64,000 bases of DNA from the human T2T-CHM13v2.0 reference genome, Homo sapiens. Shown here piece by piece: positions 16,843 through 30,880 of this stretch. The notes below the pieces were generated by a model. It was not told the DNA's origin. It made no database searches and saw nothing but the letters and a program-made list of their open reading frames with translations. How positions within the stretch are numbered: position 1 is the stretch's first letter; each line of letters starts with the position of its first letter. The stretch lies in assembly GCF_009914755.1 (NCBI RefSeq), contig NC_060927.1. One strand, written 5' to 3'. Position numbers and translations under genes: made by a program.

Positions 16843-19800
16843 TTTATGTTTAATAAGTTTAGCATTATAAATATTTACTTTTTGAATTTCAATAGGGTTT
16901 TGGAGAACAAGCGGTGTTTGCTTACATAAGTAAGTTATTTAATGGTGCTTTCTGAGATTTTGGTGAACCCATAACCTGAGCAGTGTACACTGTAACCAAT
17001 GTGTAGTCTTTTATCCCTCACCACCTTCCCACCCTTTCCCCCAAGTCCTCAAAGTCCACTAAATCATTCTTATGCCTTTCCGTCCTTATAGCTTAGCTGT
17101 CACTAATGAGTGAGAACATACAATGTTTGGTTTTCCATTCCTGAGTTACTTCATTTAGAATAATGGTCTCCAATTCCATCTAGGTTGATGCAAATGCCAT
17201 TATTTAATTCAATTTTATGGCCGAGTAGTAGTCCATGGTATATATAAGACACATTTTCTTTATCCACTCATTGATTGATGGGCATTTGGACTGGTTCCAT
17301 ATTTTTGTAATTGCAAATTTTGCTGCTATAAACGTGTGTACAAGTATCTTTTTCATATAATAATTTCTTTTCCTCTGGGTAGATACTCAGTAGTGGGATT
17401 GCTGGATCAAATGGTAGTTCTACTTTTAGTTCTTTAAGGAACCTCTGTACTGTTGTCCATAGTGGTTGTACTAGCTTACATTCCCATCAGCAATGTAAAA
17501 GTGTTCCCTTTTCATCATATCCATGCCAACATGTATTGTTTTTTGATTATCACCATTCTTGCAGGAGTAAGGTGGTATCACACTGTGGTTTTATTTGAAT
17601 TTCCCTGATCATTAATGATGTTGAACATTTTTTCATGTATTTGTTGGCCATTTGTGTATCTCTAGAGAATTGTCTGTTCATGTCCTTGGTATGCTTTTTG
17701 ATGGGATTGTTTGTTTCTTTCCTCCTTATTTGAGTTCCTTATAGATTCTGGATATTAGTCCTTTGTCAGATGTATAGATTGTGAAGATTTTCTCCCATTC
17801 TTTGGGTTGTCTATTTACTCTGCTGATTGTTCTTTTACTGTGCAGAAGCATTTTAGTTTAATTAAGTCTCATCTACTTATCTTTGTTTTTGTTGCATTTG
17901 TTTTTGGGTTCTTGATCATGAAGTCTTTGCCTAAGCCAGTGTCTAGAAGGTTTTTTCTAATGTTATCCTCTAGAATATTTATGGTTTCAGGTCTTAGGTT
18001 TAAGTCCTTGATCCACCTTGAGTAGATTTTTGTGTAAGGTGAGAGATCAGGATCCAATTTCATTCTTCTACATGTGGCTTGCCAAACATCACAAGCACCA
18101 TTTGTTGAAAAGGATGTCTTTTCCCCACTTCATGTTTTTGTTTGCTTTGTCGAAGATCAATTGGCTGTAAGTGTCTGGTTTTATTTCTGGGTTCTCTATT
18201 CTGTTCCATTGGTCTCTGTGCCTATTTTTATATCAAAACAGCATGGTGCTGGTATAAAAATACCAGTGACTATAGTATAGTTTGAAGTAAGGTAATGTGA
18301 TGCCTCCAGATTTGTTCTTTTTGCTTAGTTTTGCTTTGGCTATGTGGGCTCATTTTTGGTTTCATATGAATTTTAGGATTGTTTTTCCTAGTTCTGTGAA
18401 GAATGATGGTGGTATTTTGATGAGAATTGTGAGTTTGTAGGCATACAATCATATCATCAGCAAACAGTGACACTTTGACTTCCTCTTTACCGATTTGGCT
18501 GCCCTTTATTTCTTTCTTTTGTCTGATTGCTCAGGCTAGGACTTCCAGTACCATGTTGAATAGAAATGGTGAAAGTGGGCATCCTTGTCTTGTTCCATTT
18601 CTCAGGGGGAGTGCTTTGAACTTTTCACTGTTCAGTATAATATTGGCTGTGAGTTTGCCATAGAAGGCTTTTATTACCTTAAGGAATGACCCTTCTATAC
18701 TGATTTTGCTGAGGGGTTTAATCATAAAGGGATGCTGGATTTTGTCAAATGCTTTTTCTGCATCTATTGAGATGATCACCTAATTTTCATTTTTAATTCT
18801 GTTTATGTGGTGTATTACACTTATTGACTTGTGTTTGACAAAACATTCCTGCATTCCTGGTATAAAACCCACTTGATCATGGTGGATTATCTTTTTGATA
18901 TGCTGTTGGATATAGTTAGCCAGTATTTTGCTAAGAAGTTTTGCATGTATATTCATCAGAGTTATTGGTTGGTAGTTTTCTTTTTTTGTTATGTCCTTTC
19001 CTGGTTTTGATATTAAAGTCATACTGTCTTCATAGAATGATTTAGGGAAGATTCCCTCTTTCTTTGTACAATAGTGTCAATAGGACTGGTACCAATTCTT
19101 TTGTGAATGTCTGATAAAATTCAGCTGTGAATCCGTCTGGTTCTGGACTTTTTTTTTTGTTGGCAATTGTTTTTATTGACATTTCAATCTTGCTGCTTGT
19201 TATTGGTCTGTTCAGAGTTCTTATTTCTTCCTGATTTAATCTAGGAGGGTTGTATATGTCCAGGAATTTATCCATCTTCTCTAGGTTTTCTAGTTTATGC
19301 CCGTAAAGGTGTTCATAGTAGCCTTGAATGACCTTTTGTATAATATTTCTGTGGCATTAGTTGTAACATCTCCCATTTTATTTCTAATTGAGCTTATTTG
19401 GATCTTCTTTCTTCTTTTCTTGGTTAATCTCACTAATGGTCTATCAATTTTATTTATCTTTTAAAAGAACCAGCTTTAGGTTTCATTTATCTTTTGTATT
19501 TTATTTTTGTTTCAATTTCATTTAGTTCTGCTCTGATCTTTGTTATTTCTTTTCTTCTGCTGGGTTTGGGTTTGATTTGTTTTTATGTCTCTAGTTCCTT
19601 GAGGTGTGACCTTAGATTGTCCATTTGTGCTCTTTCAGACTCTTTGATGTAGGCATTTAGTGCTATGAACTTTCCTGTTAGCACCACCTTTGCCATACCC
19701 CAGAGGTTTTGATAGGTTGTGTCACTATTATTGCTCAGTTCAAAGTATTTTTTAATTTCCATTTTGATTTCATTGTTGACCCAAAGATCATTCAGGAGAA

Positions 19801-22800
19801 GATTATTTAATTTCCATGTATTTGCATGGTTTTGAGGGTTCCTTTTGCAGTTGATTTCCAATTTTATTCCACTGTGGTCTGAGAGAGTACTTGATATAAT
19901 TTTGATTTTATTTTTAATTTTATTTAAAAGTCTTAAATTTATCGAGACTTGTTTTGTGGCCTGTCATATGGTCTGTCTTGAAGAATGTTCCATGTGCCGA
20001 TGAATAAAATGTATTTTCTGCTGTTATTAGCTAGTATGTTCTGTAAATATCTGCTAACTCCATTTGTTCTAGGGTATAGTTTAAATCCATTGTTACTTTG
20101 TTGACTTTCTGTCTTAAAGATTATACTTTCTGTCTAGTGCTTTCAGTAGAGTATTGAAGTCCCCCACTATTATTGTATTGCTATCTCATTTCTTTGGTCT
20201 AGTAGTAATTGTTTTATCAATTAGGGAGCTCCAGTGTTAGGTGCATATATATATTTAGGATTGTAATATTTTCCCCTTGGACAAGTCGTTTTATCATTAT
20301 ATAATGTCTCTCTTTGTCTTTTTTAACTGCTGTTGCCTTAAAGTTTGTTTTGTCTGATATAAGAATAGCTACGTCTGCTTGCTTTTGGTGTCCATTTGCA
20401 TGGAATATCTTTTACCACTCCTTTACCTTAAGTTTATGTGAACACTTATGTTTTAGGTGAGCCTCTTAAAGGCAGCAGATACTTGGTTGGTGAATTCTTA
20501 CCCATTCTGCCATTCTGTATCTTTTCAGTGGAGCATTTAGGTCATTTACATTCAACATTAGTATTGAGATGTGAGGTACTATTCTATTCATCATGCTATT
20601 TGTTGCCTGAATACCTTGTTGTTGTTTTTTTTTTATTGTGTTTTTGTTTTATAAGTCCTGTGAGATTTCTGCTTTAGGGAAGTTCTATTTTGGTGTATTT
20701 TGAGGAATTGTTTCAATATTTAGAGCTTCTTTTAGCAGTTCTTGTAGTGCTGGTTTGGTAGTGGTGAATTATCTTAGTATTTGTTGTCTGAAAAAGATTG
20801 TATCTTTCCTTCATTTATGAAGCTTTGTTTTGCGGGATACAAAATTCTTGGCTGATAATTGTTTTGTTTAAGGAAGCTGAAGATAGGACCCCAATCCCTT
20901 CCAATTTGTAGGGTTTCTGCAAAGAAATGTGCTGTTAATCTGATAGGTTTTCCTTTATAGGTTACCTGATGCTTTTGCCTCACAGCTCTTAAGATTCTTT
21001 CCTTTGTCTTGACCTTAGATAACCTGATGACTGTGTGCCTAGGTAACGATCTTTTTTCAATAAATTTCCCAGGTGTGCTCTGAGCTCCTTGTATTTGTAT
21101 GTCTAGATCTCTAGCAAGGCCAGGAAAGTTTTCCTCAATTATTCCTTCAAGTATATTTCCAAACTTTTAGATTTCTCTTCTACCTCAGGAACACCAGTTA
21201 TTCTTAGGTTTGGTCATTTAACATAATCCTATACTTTTTGGATGCTTTGTTCATTAAATATTTTTTTTTGTCTTTGTCGAGTTGGGTCAATTCAAAAACC
21301 TTGTCTTCAAGTTCTGAAGTTCTTACTTCTGTTTGTTTGATTTTATTTTCCAGACTTACCAGTGCATTTTTCATTTCTCTAAGTGTGTCCTTGATTTCTA
21401 TAAGTTGTGACACTTTTTTATTTATGCTATTTCACTGATTTTTTTCTTCATGTCTTGTATCATTTATAAAATTTCATTGAGCTGGAGTCACCTTTCTCTG
21501 GTGCCTCCTTGATTATCTTAATAATCAACCTTCTGAATTCTTTTTCTGGCAATTCAGAGATTCCATGTTGGTTTGAATCCATTGCTGGTGAGCTAGTGTG
21601 GTCTTTTGTTGGTGTTAAAGAACTTGTTTTGTCCTATTACCAGAATTGTTTTCCTGATTCCTTCTCATTTGGGTAGACTATGTGAGAGGGAAGTTCTGGA
21701 GCTCATGGGCTGCTGTTCATTTTCTTTTGTCCCATGGGGTGCTCCCTTGATGTAGTGCTCTCCCCCTTCCCCTAGCGATGTGGCTTCCTGAGAGCCAAAC
21801 TGTAGTGATTATTGTTTCTCTTCTGGATCTAGCCACCCAGACAAGCTGCTGGGCTCTGGGCTGGTAATGGGGAGATGTCTGCACCCCTTGTGGTGTGAAC
21901 CATCTTCAGGTGTCTTAGCTGTAGATAGCAGCACCTTCTCCAGTGTTGGTGGCAGAAGAGTGAAATGGACTCTGTGAGGGTTCTCAGAGGTAGTTTGTTT
22001 ATTGCACTAGTTTTGTGTTGGCTGGCTTCCTGCCAGGTGGCAGTACTTTCAAGAGAGCATCAACTACAATAGTATAGGTAGGATCAGGCTGTGGACAGGG
22101 CCCTGGAGTTCCCAAGAGATTATGTCTTTTGTCTTCAGCTACTGGGACAGGTAGAGAAAGACCATCAGGTGGGGGCAGAGTTAGGCATGTCTGAGCTCAA
22201 ATCTCCTTGGGTGGGGCTTGCTGCTGATACTCTGGGGGTGGTGGTGTGGTTCTCAGTCCAATGGAAGTATGTTCCCAGGGTGATTATGGCTGCCTCTGCT
22301 GTGTCACACAGGTCACCAGAGAAGTGGGGGAAAAGTGGCAGTTACAGGTCTCATCCAGCTCCCATGCAGCCCAATAGGCCCGTCTCACTCTCACAGTGTC
22401 CCCCACCAGCACCAAGTTTACTTCCAGGCAGCAGGTGAGCAGGGCTGAGAACTTGCCCCAGGCTACCAGCCTCCGTGCTGAGAAAGCAAGCAGGGCTTTC
22501 AGGTTTCCCATCTCCCTGCCTGCTGTGGCTTCAGTGCTGTCTGCACTCCTGATTCGCCCCGTCTCCTGAGTTCTCTCCAGGAAACTTCACATTTGGTTGA
22601 AATTGTTACAAAGTTCAGCTGGAAGTTTCCTTCTCCCTGTGGTCTTTTCCTAGTTCCTCTGGCAGTCTTCTACAAGGACCTCTGTGAGACAAAGTCAGAA
22701 ATGGCTTACCTGGGGACTGAGAGAGCTCAGAGGGCTCTTCCTGCTGCTTCTTCCATCCATGTATTTTGGTCAGCTTTCTAAATTTGTCTCAGCTTCAGGT

Positions 22801-23110
22801 AAGGTCAGATCCTTCTCCTGTGATGTGGACCTTCAGGTTCCACAGTGAGGGTGTGTGTTTGGGGGTGGACAATCTCCCTTTCACACTTTCACACTTTGGG
22901 TACTCAGTTTTTCAGCTGTCTCCTAGGGCCCGCAGGAGCATTCTGCTTCCTTTGAAGGGTCTGTGGATTCTCTCGGCTTCCTGGCATGTTCCTGTGGTAG
23001 TTCTTGGAGCAAAAGTTCACAAGGTGAATCTCCATATGCTGTTCTTGCCCTCCTAGTTGGAGCTACAGTTCAGTCCTGCCTCCTATCCACCATTTTCCTT
23101 CTCTCCTATC
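16843..23110 (-). mobile_element. Near full-length L1PB (L1PB1-like) nested in the older L1
   Basis: L1PB 3'UTR (atttcaatagggttttggagaacaagcggtgtttg). ORF2 remnants in the ORF track ([38 protein letters not shown]) and ORF1 remnants (20774-21413). L1PBa-type 5' end at ~23100. TSD tcctcattga at 16829 and 23111. Internal deletion near 18430. Confidence 0.88.
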
Positions 23111-25396
23111 TCCTCATTGATTTTTAAAAATAGTTTCAGTAGGATCTGTACAAACTCTTCTTTGTATGTCTGGTTAAATTTGGCTGAGAATTCATCTGGC
23201 CTAGCTAGGTCTTTATTTTTTTGTTAGTAGGCCTGTTATTACTGAGTTAATTTCAGAACTCGTTATTGATCTGTTCATGGATTCAATTTCTTCTTGGTTT
23301 AATTTTGGGAGGTTGTATGCTTCCAAGAATTTGTCCGTTTTTTCTAGGCTTTCTAGTTTGTGTGTATACAGATGTTCATCATAGCCCCTGAGGGTTTTTT
23401 ATATTTCTGTGGTGCCAGTGGAAGTGTTTCCTTTTTCATATCCGATTGTGTTTATTTGGATCTTCTCTGTTTTTTTTTTCTGTCAGTCTAGCTAGTGGTC
23501 CACTAATGTATTTATTATTTCAGAAGTATTATGTAAAACCCAACTTCTGTTTTTTTGATCTTTTATATGGTTATTCTCATCTCCATTTCATTAAGTTCAG
23601 CTCTGATTTTGGTTATTTTCTTCTTCTAGCTTTGAGGTTGGTTTGCTCTTGTTTTTCTAGTTCCTTTAGATGTGGTTTTAGTGGTTGATTTGGTATTTTT
23701 CTAATTTTCTGATATGGGTACTTAGCACTATGAACTTTCCTGTTAACACTGCTTTAGCTGTGTCCCAAAGATTCTGGTAGGTTGTTTCTTTGTTTTCATT
23801 AGTTTCAAAGTATTTTTTATTTCTTCCTTAATTTTATTCTTTACCCCAAAGTCATTCAGGAGCAGATTTCTTAATTTCCATGTAATTGTATGGTTTTGAG
23901 GGATTTTCTGGGTATTGATTTCTATTTTCATTGCATTGTGGTTTGAAATTGTGGTTGGTATAATTTTGGGTGTTTTGTGTTTGTTGAGAATTGCTTCATG
24001 CCTGAGTGTGTGGTCGATTTTGGAGTATATGTCATTGGCAGATGAGAATAACGTGTATTATGTTGTTTTTGAGTGCAGTGTTCTATTGATGTCGGTTTGG
24101 TGTATTGGTTCAAGTGTTGGGTTTAGGTCCTGAATATCTTTTTCAGAATTCTGCCTCAGTGATTTTTCTAATACTGTCAGTGGGGTGTTGAAGTCTCCCA
24201 CTATTATTTTTTGGCTATTTAAGTCTCTTTGTAGTTCTCTAAAAACTTGTTTTATGAATCTGGGTGCTCCTGTGTTGGGTAAATATATACTTAGAATTGT
24301 TAAATTTTGTGCTGAATTGAACCCTTTATTATTATGTAATGCCTCTCTTTGTCCTTTCTGATCATTGCTGGTTTAAAGACTGTTTTGTCTGAAATAAGAA
24401 TAGCAACCTCTGCTTTTTCTTTCTTTTTTATTTGCTCGATAGACCTTTCTCCATCTCTTTATTTTGAGACTATGAGTGTCATTGCATGTGAGATAGATAT
24501 CTTGAAGGCAGTATACAGTTGGGTCTTGCTTTTCTATAAAACTTGCCACTCTGCTCCTTTCAAATGGGGGAATTCAGCCTGTTTTCACTAAAGATTAATA
24601 TTGATATGTGTAGATTCGATCTTTTCATCATGTTGTTAGCTGGTTGTCACGTAGATTGATTGTGTAGTTGCTTTATAGTGTCAGTGATCTAGGTACTTAA
24701 GTGTGTTTTTGTGGTAGCCATTAACGTTCTTTCATTTCCATGTCTTGCACACCCTTGAGGACCTCTCATAAGGCAGATATGGCTATGAGAAATTCTCTTA
24801 GCATTTGCTTGTCTCAAAATATTTCTTCTTCACCTACGAAGCTTAATTTGACTGAATATGAAATTCGTGGTTGGAATTTTTTTTTCTTCAAGGATGCCGC
24901 AAATAGGCCCTCAATCTCTTCTGGCTTGAAGGGTTTTTGCTGAAGGGTCCACTGTAAGTCTGATGAGGTTTCCTTTTAAGGTTGCCTGCCCCTTCTCTCT
25001 AGTTGCCTTTAATATCTTTTCTTTCTTGTTGACATGGAGAATTATTTGACTGTGCATCATGGAAATTGTTTACTTGCATAGTGTCTTTCAGGGGTTCTGT
25101 GAATTTACTGAATTTGAATGTTGACCTCTCTAGCAAGGTTAGAAAAATTTTCATGGACAGTATTCTAAAATATGTTTTCCAAGTTGCTTGCTTTCTTTTA
25201 GGGATGCAGATGAGTCATAAGTTTGGCCTCTTTATATAATCCCATATTTCCTGGAGGTTTTATTCATTCTTTTCTATTATTTTTTCTTTATTTTTGTCCG
25301 AGTTGATTCAAAGAACTAGTTTTTGAGTTCTGGCATTCATTCCTCATCTTGGTCTATTCATTCAGCTCTTAATACTTCTTATTGTATGGTAAAGTT

Positions 25397-25681
25397 CTTT
25401 TGTTTTTTTGTTTTCCCAAGACGGAATCTTGCTCTGTTGCCCAGGCTGGAGTGCAATGGTGCGATCTCGGCTCACTGCAACCTTCCAGGTTAAAGCAATT
25501 CTCCTATGAGTAGCTGGGACTACAGGTGCACAACACCATGCCTGGCTAATTTTTGTATTTTTAGTAGAGACAGGGTTTCTCCATTTTGGTCAAGCTGGTC
25601 TTGAACTCCTGACCTCAGGTGATCTGCCCACCTCGGCCTCCCAAAGTCTTGGGATTACAGACATGAGCCACCGTGCCTGGT
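25397..25681 (-). mobile_element. AluS with small internal deletions
   Basis: Alu dimer reverse complement with a T-rich tail. Confidence 0.9.
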
Positions 25682-26847
25682 GATAAATTTCTTATAGTAT
25701 ATGTTTCAGCTTTATAAGATCAGTTTAGTTATTTCTTAAATGGCTATTATGTCTTTAGCTTTTCAGTTATTTTTGTGAATTCTATACGTTCCTTGGATTG
25801 GGTTCAATTTTTTCCTGAATCTCAGTGACCTTGGTTGCCATCCAGATTCTAAATTCTACACCTGTAATTTTCGCCATTTCGCCTGGTTAAGAACCCTTGT
25901 TGGGGAGCTAATGGATCATTTGGAGGAAAGAAGACAATCTGGCTTTTTAGAGTTGCCAGAGTTCTTGTGCTAGTTCTTTCTCCTCAGTGTGGGCTGATGT
26001 TCCTTTAACTGTGACGTAATTCGAGTATAGTCAGTTGGCTTCATTTCTGGATGTTTTTAGAAGGCTGAAACTTTGTATAGGGTCTTTATTTTTGGCTGGA
26101 TTCTTGCCCTTGTTTTCACAGGGTGGGTATATTAGCACAGTATTTTTGGTTGTTGTAGTTTTGGCTTGAATCCAGTAGAGATGCTTAAGCATAATGTTCA
26201 GTAGATAGGCTCCTACTCAGCCATGTGGCTCCTCCATATTTCCTTGCATTTGCGGCCATGCTCCCTTTCAGTGCTCTGAGTGTGTGGGCTCTTCTCCTGC
26301 TTCATTGCTGGCCGCAGATCTCAGCTTGGTCCTCCTGAGCTGTACACTGCAGATCTTAAGTGAACTTGAGATTTCTGTTAACTCCACAGCTTTGGGGCAA
26401 CAGGGGCAGGGACCTTGGCAGTGGCAATGGCAGAGGGCTTGTCATTGGTCTCTGGGACCTCCACCTCAGAGAAACAGAGCTGCTGCCAATCAGAATAATC
26501 TCCCATGGGTAGGGCAGCCACATTGCAGGTCCAAGCCAGGGAGACCTGCCTGGCAGAGGGCGTGGGGTGGGATGGGGTGGGAGAGTCAGGGAACTGTCAG
26601 GGAAGATAGTCTGGCTTCCTCTCTCGAGGGTGGCTATGGCATGCTGGAAGTGCCAGTAGAGCACTCAGGCTTTGTGTTTCTTTCCCTGCCTGGTGGCAAC
26701 AGGGGCAGTTACCATTGCAGCAGCAATAACAAAGGGGCTGCCAGTTACCTCTGACAACTCCACCCCAGAAAGATACAGAGCCATTGCCAATGGGAATGTT
26801 CAGCTGGAATTGGGGTAGCTGCACTGTGGGCCTAAGCTGAGGCTGTG

Positions 26848-27233
26848 TGATATGGTTTGGCTCTGTGTCCCCACCCTAATCACATCTTGAATTATAATCT
26901 CCATGTGTAGGGAGAGGGAGCTGTAATCCCCATGTGTTGAAGGAGGGAGATGATTGGATCATGGGGGAAGTTTCCCCCATGCTGTTCTCTTAATAGTGAG
27001 TTCTCATGGGATCTTATGGTTTTATAAGTGTTTGGAAGTTTCTCCTTCACTCTTCTCTCTTTCCTGCCATTTTGTGAAGAAGGTACTTGCTTCTCCTTTA
27101 CCTTCTGCCATAATTGTAAGTTTCCCGGGGCCTCCCCAGCCATGTGGAACTGTGAGTCAATTAAAACTCTTTTCTTTATAAATTACCCAGTCTCAGGGAA
27201 GTTCCTATAGCAGTGTGAAAATGGACTAATATA
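26848..27233 (+). mobile_element. THE1 (THE1D-like) MaLR solo LTR inside the L1 5'UTR
   Basis: tgatatggtttggctctgtgtccccacc ... gtgagtcaattaaa ... aaaatggactaatata. Confidence 0.9.
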
Positions 27234-28339
27234 CCCTTCTTGGTATAGAGCAGGGAGTCAGGGGCTTACAAGAAGAGAGAGTGGCCCCCTCTCCATAGGG
27301 TGGCTGCATGGTGTTGGATTGTGAGTGAAGTGATCAGGGTCTTTGTTTGCTCCCCAGCACAAAGACAACAAGGGCAGGTATTGCTGCAGTGGCAATGGCA
27401 GAGATCCTCTGCTGTCTCTGGAAATTCCACCTGAGAGAAGGCAGAGCCACCACCAACTTAAATAATCAGGTGGAGACAGGGCAGCTGCACTAGGGACCCA
27501 GGTCAGGAGGACCTGTCCAATGAGGAGTAGCAGAGGCAAGGACCCATGTGGAAAAGAGTCTGGCCAGATTTCTATATGTTAATGCAGTGTCCAGGAGGCC
27601 TGAGACCATTCTTGGGCTCTTCAGTCCCTCCCCAGCCTGATGGCAGCAGGGGCAGGGGCTGCAGCAGTGACAATTGCAGTGGGCCTGTCAACCTTTGGAG
27701 CTTCATTCCAGAGAAATGGAGAGTCCCAACTGGCTAGAGTGCTCAGGCAGGGGTGTAATGGCTACACTGGGGCCCCAGGCCAGTGGGGTTTGCTTGGTGA
27801 GGTGCAGAGGAGGCAAGGCTTACAGTCTGTCTGCACCACCATGGATGCAGCCCTTATCCTGAGGATGTGCAAGAAAGCCTGTCTTTGTTTGTAGCCAGTG
27901 GGGATCTGGCTGCTGGTGCCAGGGTGCTCAGGGATCCAAGGGCTTTGGGGCTCTATGTGGCCCTGAGCACTGGCTCTGCCCAGGCCCCATGCAGCTCTTT
28001 ATGTCATTCTGAATACCCCAGGGGGAAGTGGGGCAGGGGAATCTCTCATGTACAGGATTGCAAAGGTCCCCTGGGGAAATGTGGGTCCTTGGGGTCTCTT
28101 ATTCACTTACCTGTTTCTTGTGTTGAGGAGCCTCCTTTGCCTTCATGCCAGTGATGGGTGGATGACTGTCCTGCCTTGCTCCTCTGCTCTCCATGGATCA
28201 CCATTGCTTCCTTGATGAATCACAAAATGGCATCCTGAATGATCCACTTGAGGAGCTATTGTTTACTTGTTGCTCTGTTTCCTCTCTGAGAGAGTAGCAC
28301 ACACTAACTAGCTGTTTCTCATCAGCCATCTTGGCACCA

Positions 28340-28700
28340 AAATATGTAAATGATTTTTAAAGCCCTACCAAGAGCTTAGAATTTTTCCTGTGGGCAATGG
28401 GAGTTACTGGACGTTATTGATTAAGTCAGAATCATGATCTGTTTTTAATTAATTTTACTTGAAAAAATTACTCTGGCGGCAATGTGGAGGTTAGCTTTGG
28501 CAAGGGAGACACTACACTGATGCAGTTGTAAGGAAATAAATTGATGAGGGCTTGAAATTTAATAGCTGTGAAATGAGAGAAGGACATGAATTTGGCAGAC
28601 ATTTCTAAGGTAGAATTGGTAGGGTTTGGTTGAGAGTGGAGAGAGTTGGGGAAATAAAATAACATTCTGAATTTTCTGGCTTGATTGGGTAAATAACACA
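28340..28700 (-). mobile_element. L2 fragment
   Basis: gggcaatgggagttactgg...gacatttctaaggtagaattggtagggtttggt L2-like motifs. Confidence 0.55.
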
Positions 28701-29309
28701 AACTTAGTATGTGTGTTTGTGAGGCTATTGTGAAGTGTTTGTTGTGCATGGCATTGGAAAAGGATTTGAAAGCATTTTGGAGTTTACTTAAATTACCATA
28801 AATTTGACACATTTCACATATACCAATAAGCATTCACAAGTATTCACATAAATTCAAGGAGATACAAAACTGCACTAGACTAGTTCCTTGGGGAAGGGAG
28901 ACTAGAAATGAAGAAGGGTGGTAAAAGGGAATATGTAAATAAATAACACAGGAGAGACCTTGCATGGACCAATAAGGATGGCGTATATGAGCTAATTAGT
29001 ATAATTACTCAACCCTCGACACCTGTGCTATGAACTGATTAGTATGACTATTCAGCCCTCTCCACCTGAGGTCCAAACAAGAGAATAATAAAATACATTT
29101 GGCATATTATTTTAGAACCAGGTGAGCTCCACTGCCTGATGCCAAATAGGGGGCAATAAACAAAATACGTGTTGATTAATGCCTGGAATGTATGTCCAGA
29201 TAGAGGCTACATAAAGTCAATGATTTTTTAAAAAGTTGTTAGTGTTGAAAAAGCTTAAATAGAAAGTACTGTAGAATTAGTTGGCACTCTACTGCATATA
29301 ATATGATAA

Positions 29310-29540
29310 AAATAACTAACATTTTTGACTGCTCAAGTAGATTATATATATTCCAACAGCTTTATATGTATTAATTTAATTTCCACAGAAACATAACAAA
29401 GTGGTTACTCTAATTATGTCAATTTTATAAGTGAGGACCCTGAGGCATAGAGAGAATTGGCAACTTGCCCAAAGTTAGATAGCTAGTAAGAGTAGGGACA
29501 GGATTTCATAGCCTATGGTCTTAAACACTACTCTACTGCT
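29310..29540 (-). mobile_element. MIR SINE
   Basis: attttataagtgaggaccctgaggcatagagag...aacttgcccaaagttagatagctagtaag. Confidence 0.75.
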
Positions 29541-29764
29541 CCTCTGATCTTTTCCTATTTTATCTTATCTTTCTTTATATCATGTATTATAACAGGAGGG
29601 CAGAGGGGTTTGAATTGCACAGTAAGCCCTTGATTATAAACTTATTTTTGCTAGAGCCACAGTCTAATTTCTCCATGACCAACAGAATGCATAGTAGATC
29701 CCTGGTGCTCAATAAACTTTTGTTTCATGAATACATTAACAAATACCCCACAGAAGTTTGCCAG

Positions 29765-30880
29765 CCTAGGCTTCTGGTTTCTGATAATGGCTGTTTATAT
29801 AATTTTGACAAACTCTAACACTGAAAACAGCTAAAATTTTTTGATAAACTATAAAAGGTAAAATCTTTTAAAGACATGGAAGAACTAACAACATGGTAAA
29901 AAATTACCAGGTCAAAATTAATGTAAAAATAGGAATCCAGAAATTTAAATGAGAGTAAAATACTGCTTTTGCTTTGAGAGCATGTGCTGATTTGGGGAAA
30001 TTGCAACTTTAATTTTCGATGACTTTGTTGAATAAGAAGGATAAACAAGCTTGCATAGTTAGAGGAATGAAATAGAAGATTCTTCCTAGAGTAAATTGTG
30101 GATTTCATTAACACACCCTCAGGGTAAGAGTAAACTCTTCCATGTGATGTTCTACAGGCTAAGTTCATATAGTCTTCATGATCCTGAAAACCTGTGAGTT
30201 AGCCTCAATTTAAAATGATTGTTGACTTTATTGACAAGCACATGTGGCAGAAGCAAATGCATGTATTCTGTAAGGAACAGTACATTTGTCCTATGCTTTA
30301 AGTGAGCTATAAAAATAATTTTGAAGTAAAAATATTTTTACCCAATCAAATATGGTAAGGCACTCAAAGAAATAAGATACTGTAAGCAAACAAACAAAAC
30401 AATAAAAGCAATAGACAGAAAACCACAGACATTTTATATTGGTATTAATAGACAAAGATTGTGAAACTATGCTTAGTATGTTTAAAGGAATAAAAATAAG
30501 GTTGAAATATATTCAGAAATTTAAAAAAATAAAAAATGTAAATTCAATTAGAACTTATAGACATAAAAAAATTAAAATGAGATCTCAATGAGTGATTTTG
30601 ATAGTGGACTACACACTGCTAGTATACATTTTTTAAATTAGAAGATGGTCTAGAAGGATTTGTCCATACTGTAGTATGTAAAAAAGAAATGATGAAAAGA
30701 ACAACAAGGAAAGAAAAAAGACATCAAATTTGGAGTGTGAAAGTGATTTTATGTTTAAATCTAAGAAATGCATATGTTTAAGAGAAGAAAAGAAAGACTG
30801 AAAGGAAAGGGAGGTAAAATTTGGGGAGGTAATAAGTAAGAATTATTGATAAACAGTAAGCAAATACACAGATTACAAAA
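29765..30880 (+). mobile_element. Very old L1ME/L1M4-like 5' region
   Basis: ggcttctggtttctgataatggc 5'-end motif followed by A-rich decayed ORF1-like sequence. Confidence 0.4.

Noticed and set aside
18270-21413. L1 ORF1/ORF2 peptide fragments as functional CDS
   Set aside because: They are broken by many stops, frameshifts and deletions, so they are annotated as part of the L1.
26284-26754. 156-aa ORF and neighbouring GC-rich ORFs (also 1914-2324)
   Set aside because: They lie in GC-rich L1 5'UTRs, have non-ATG starts and show no recognisable domain.
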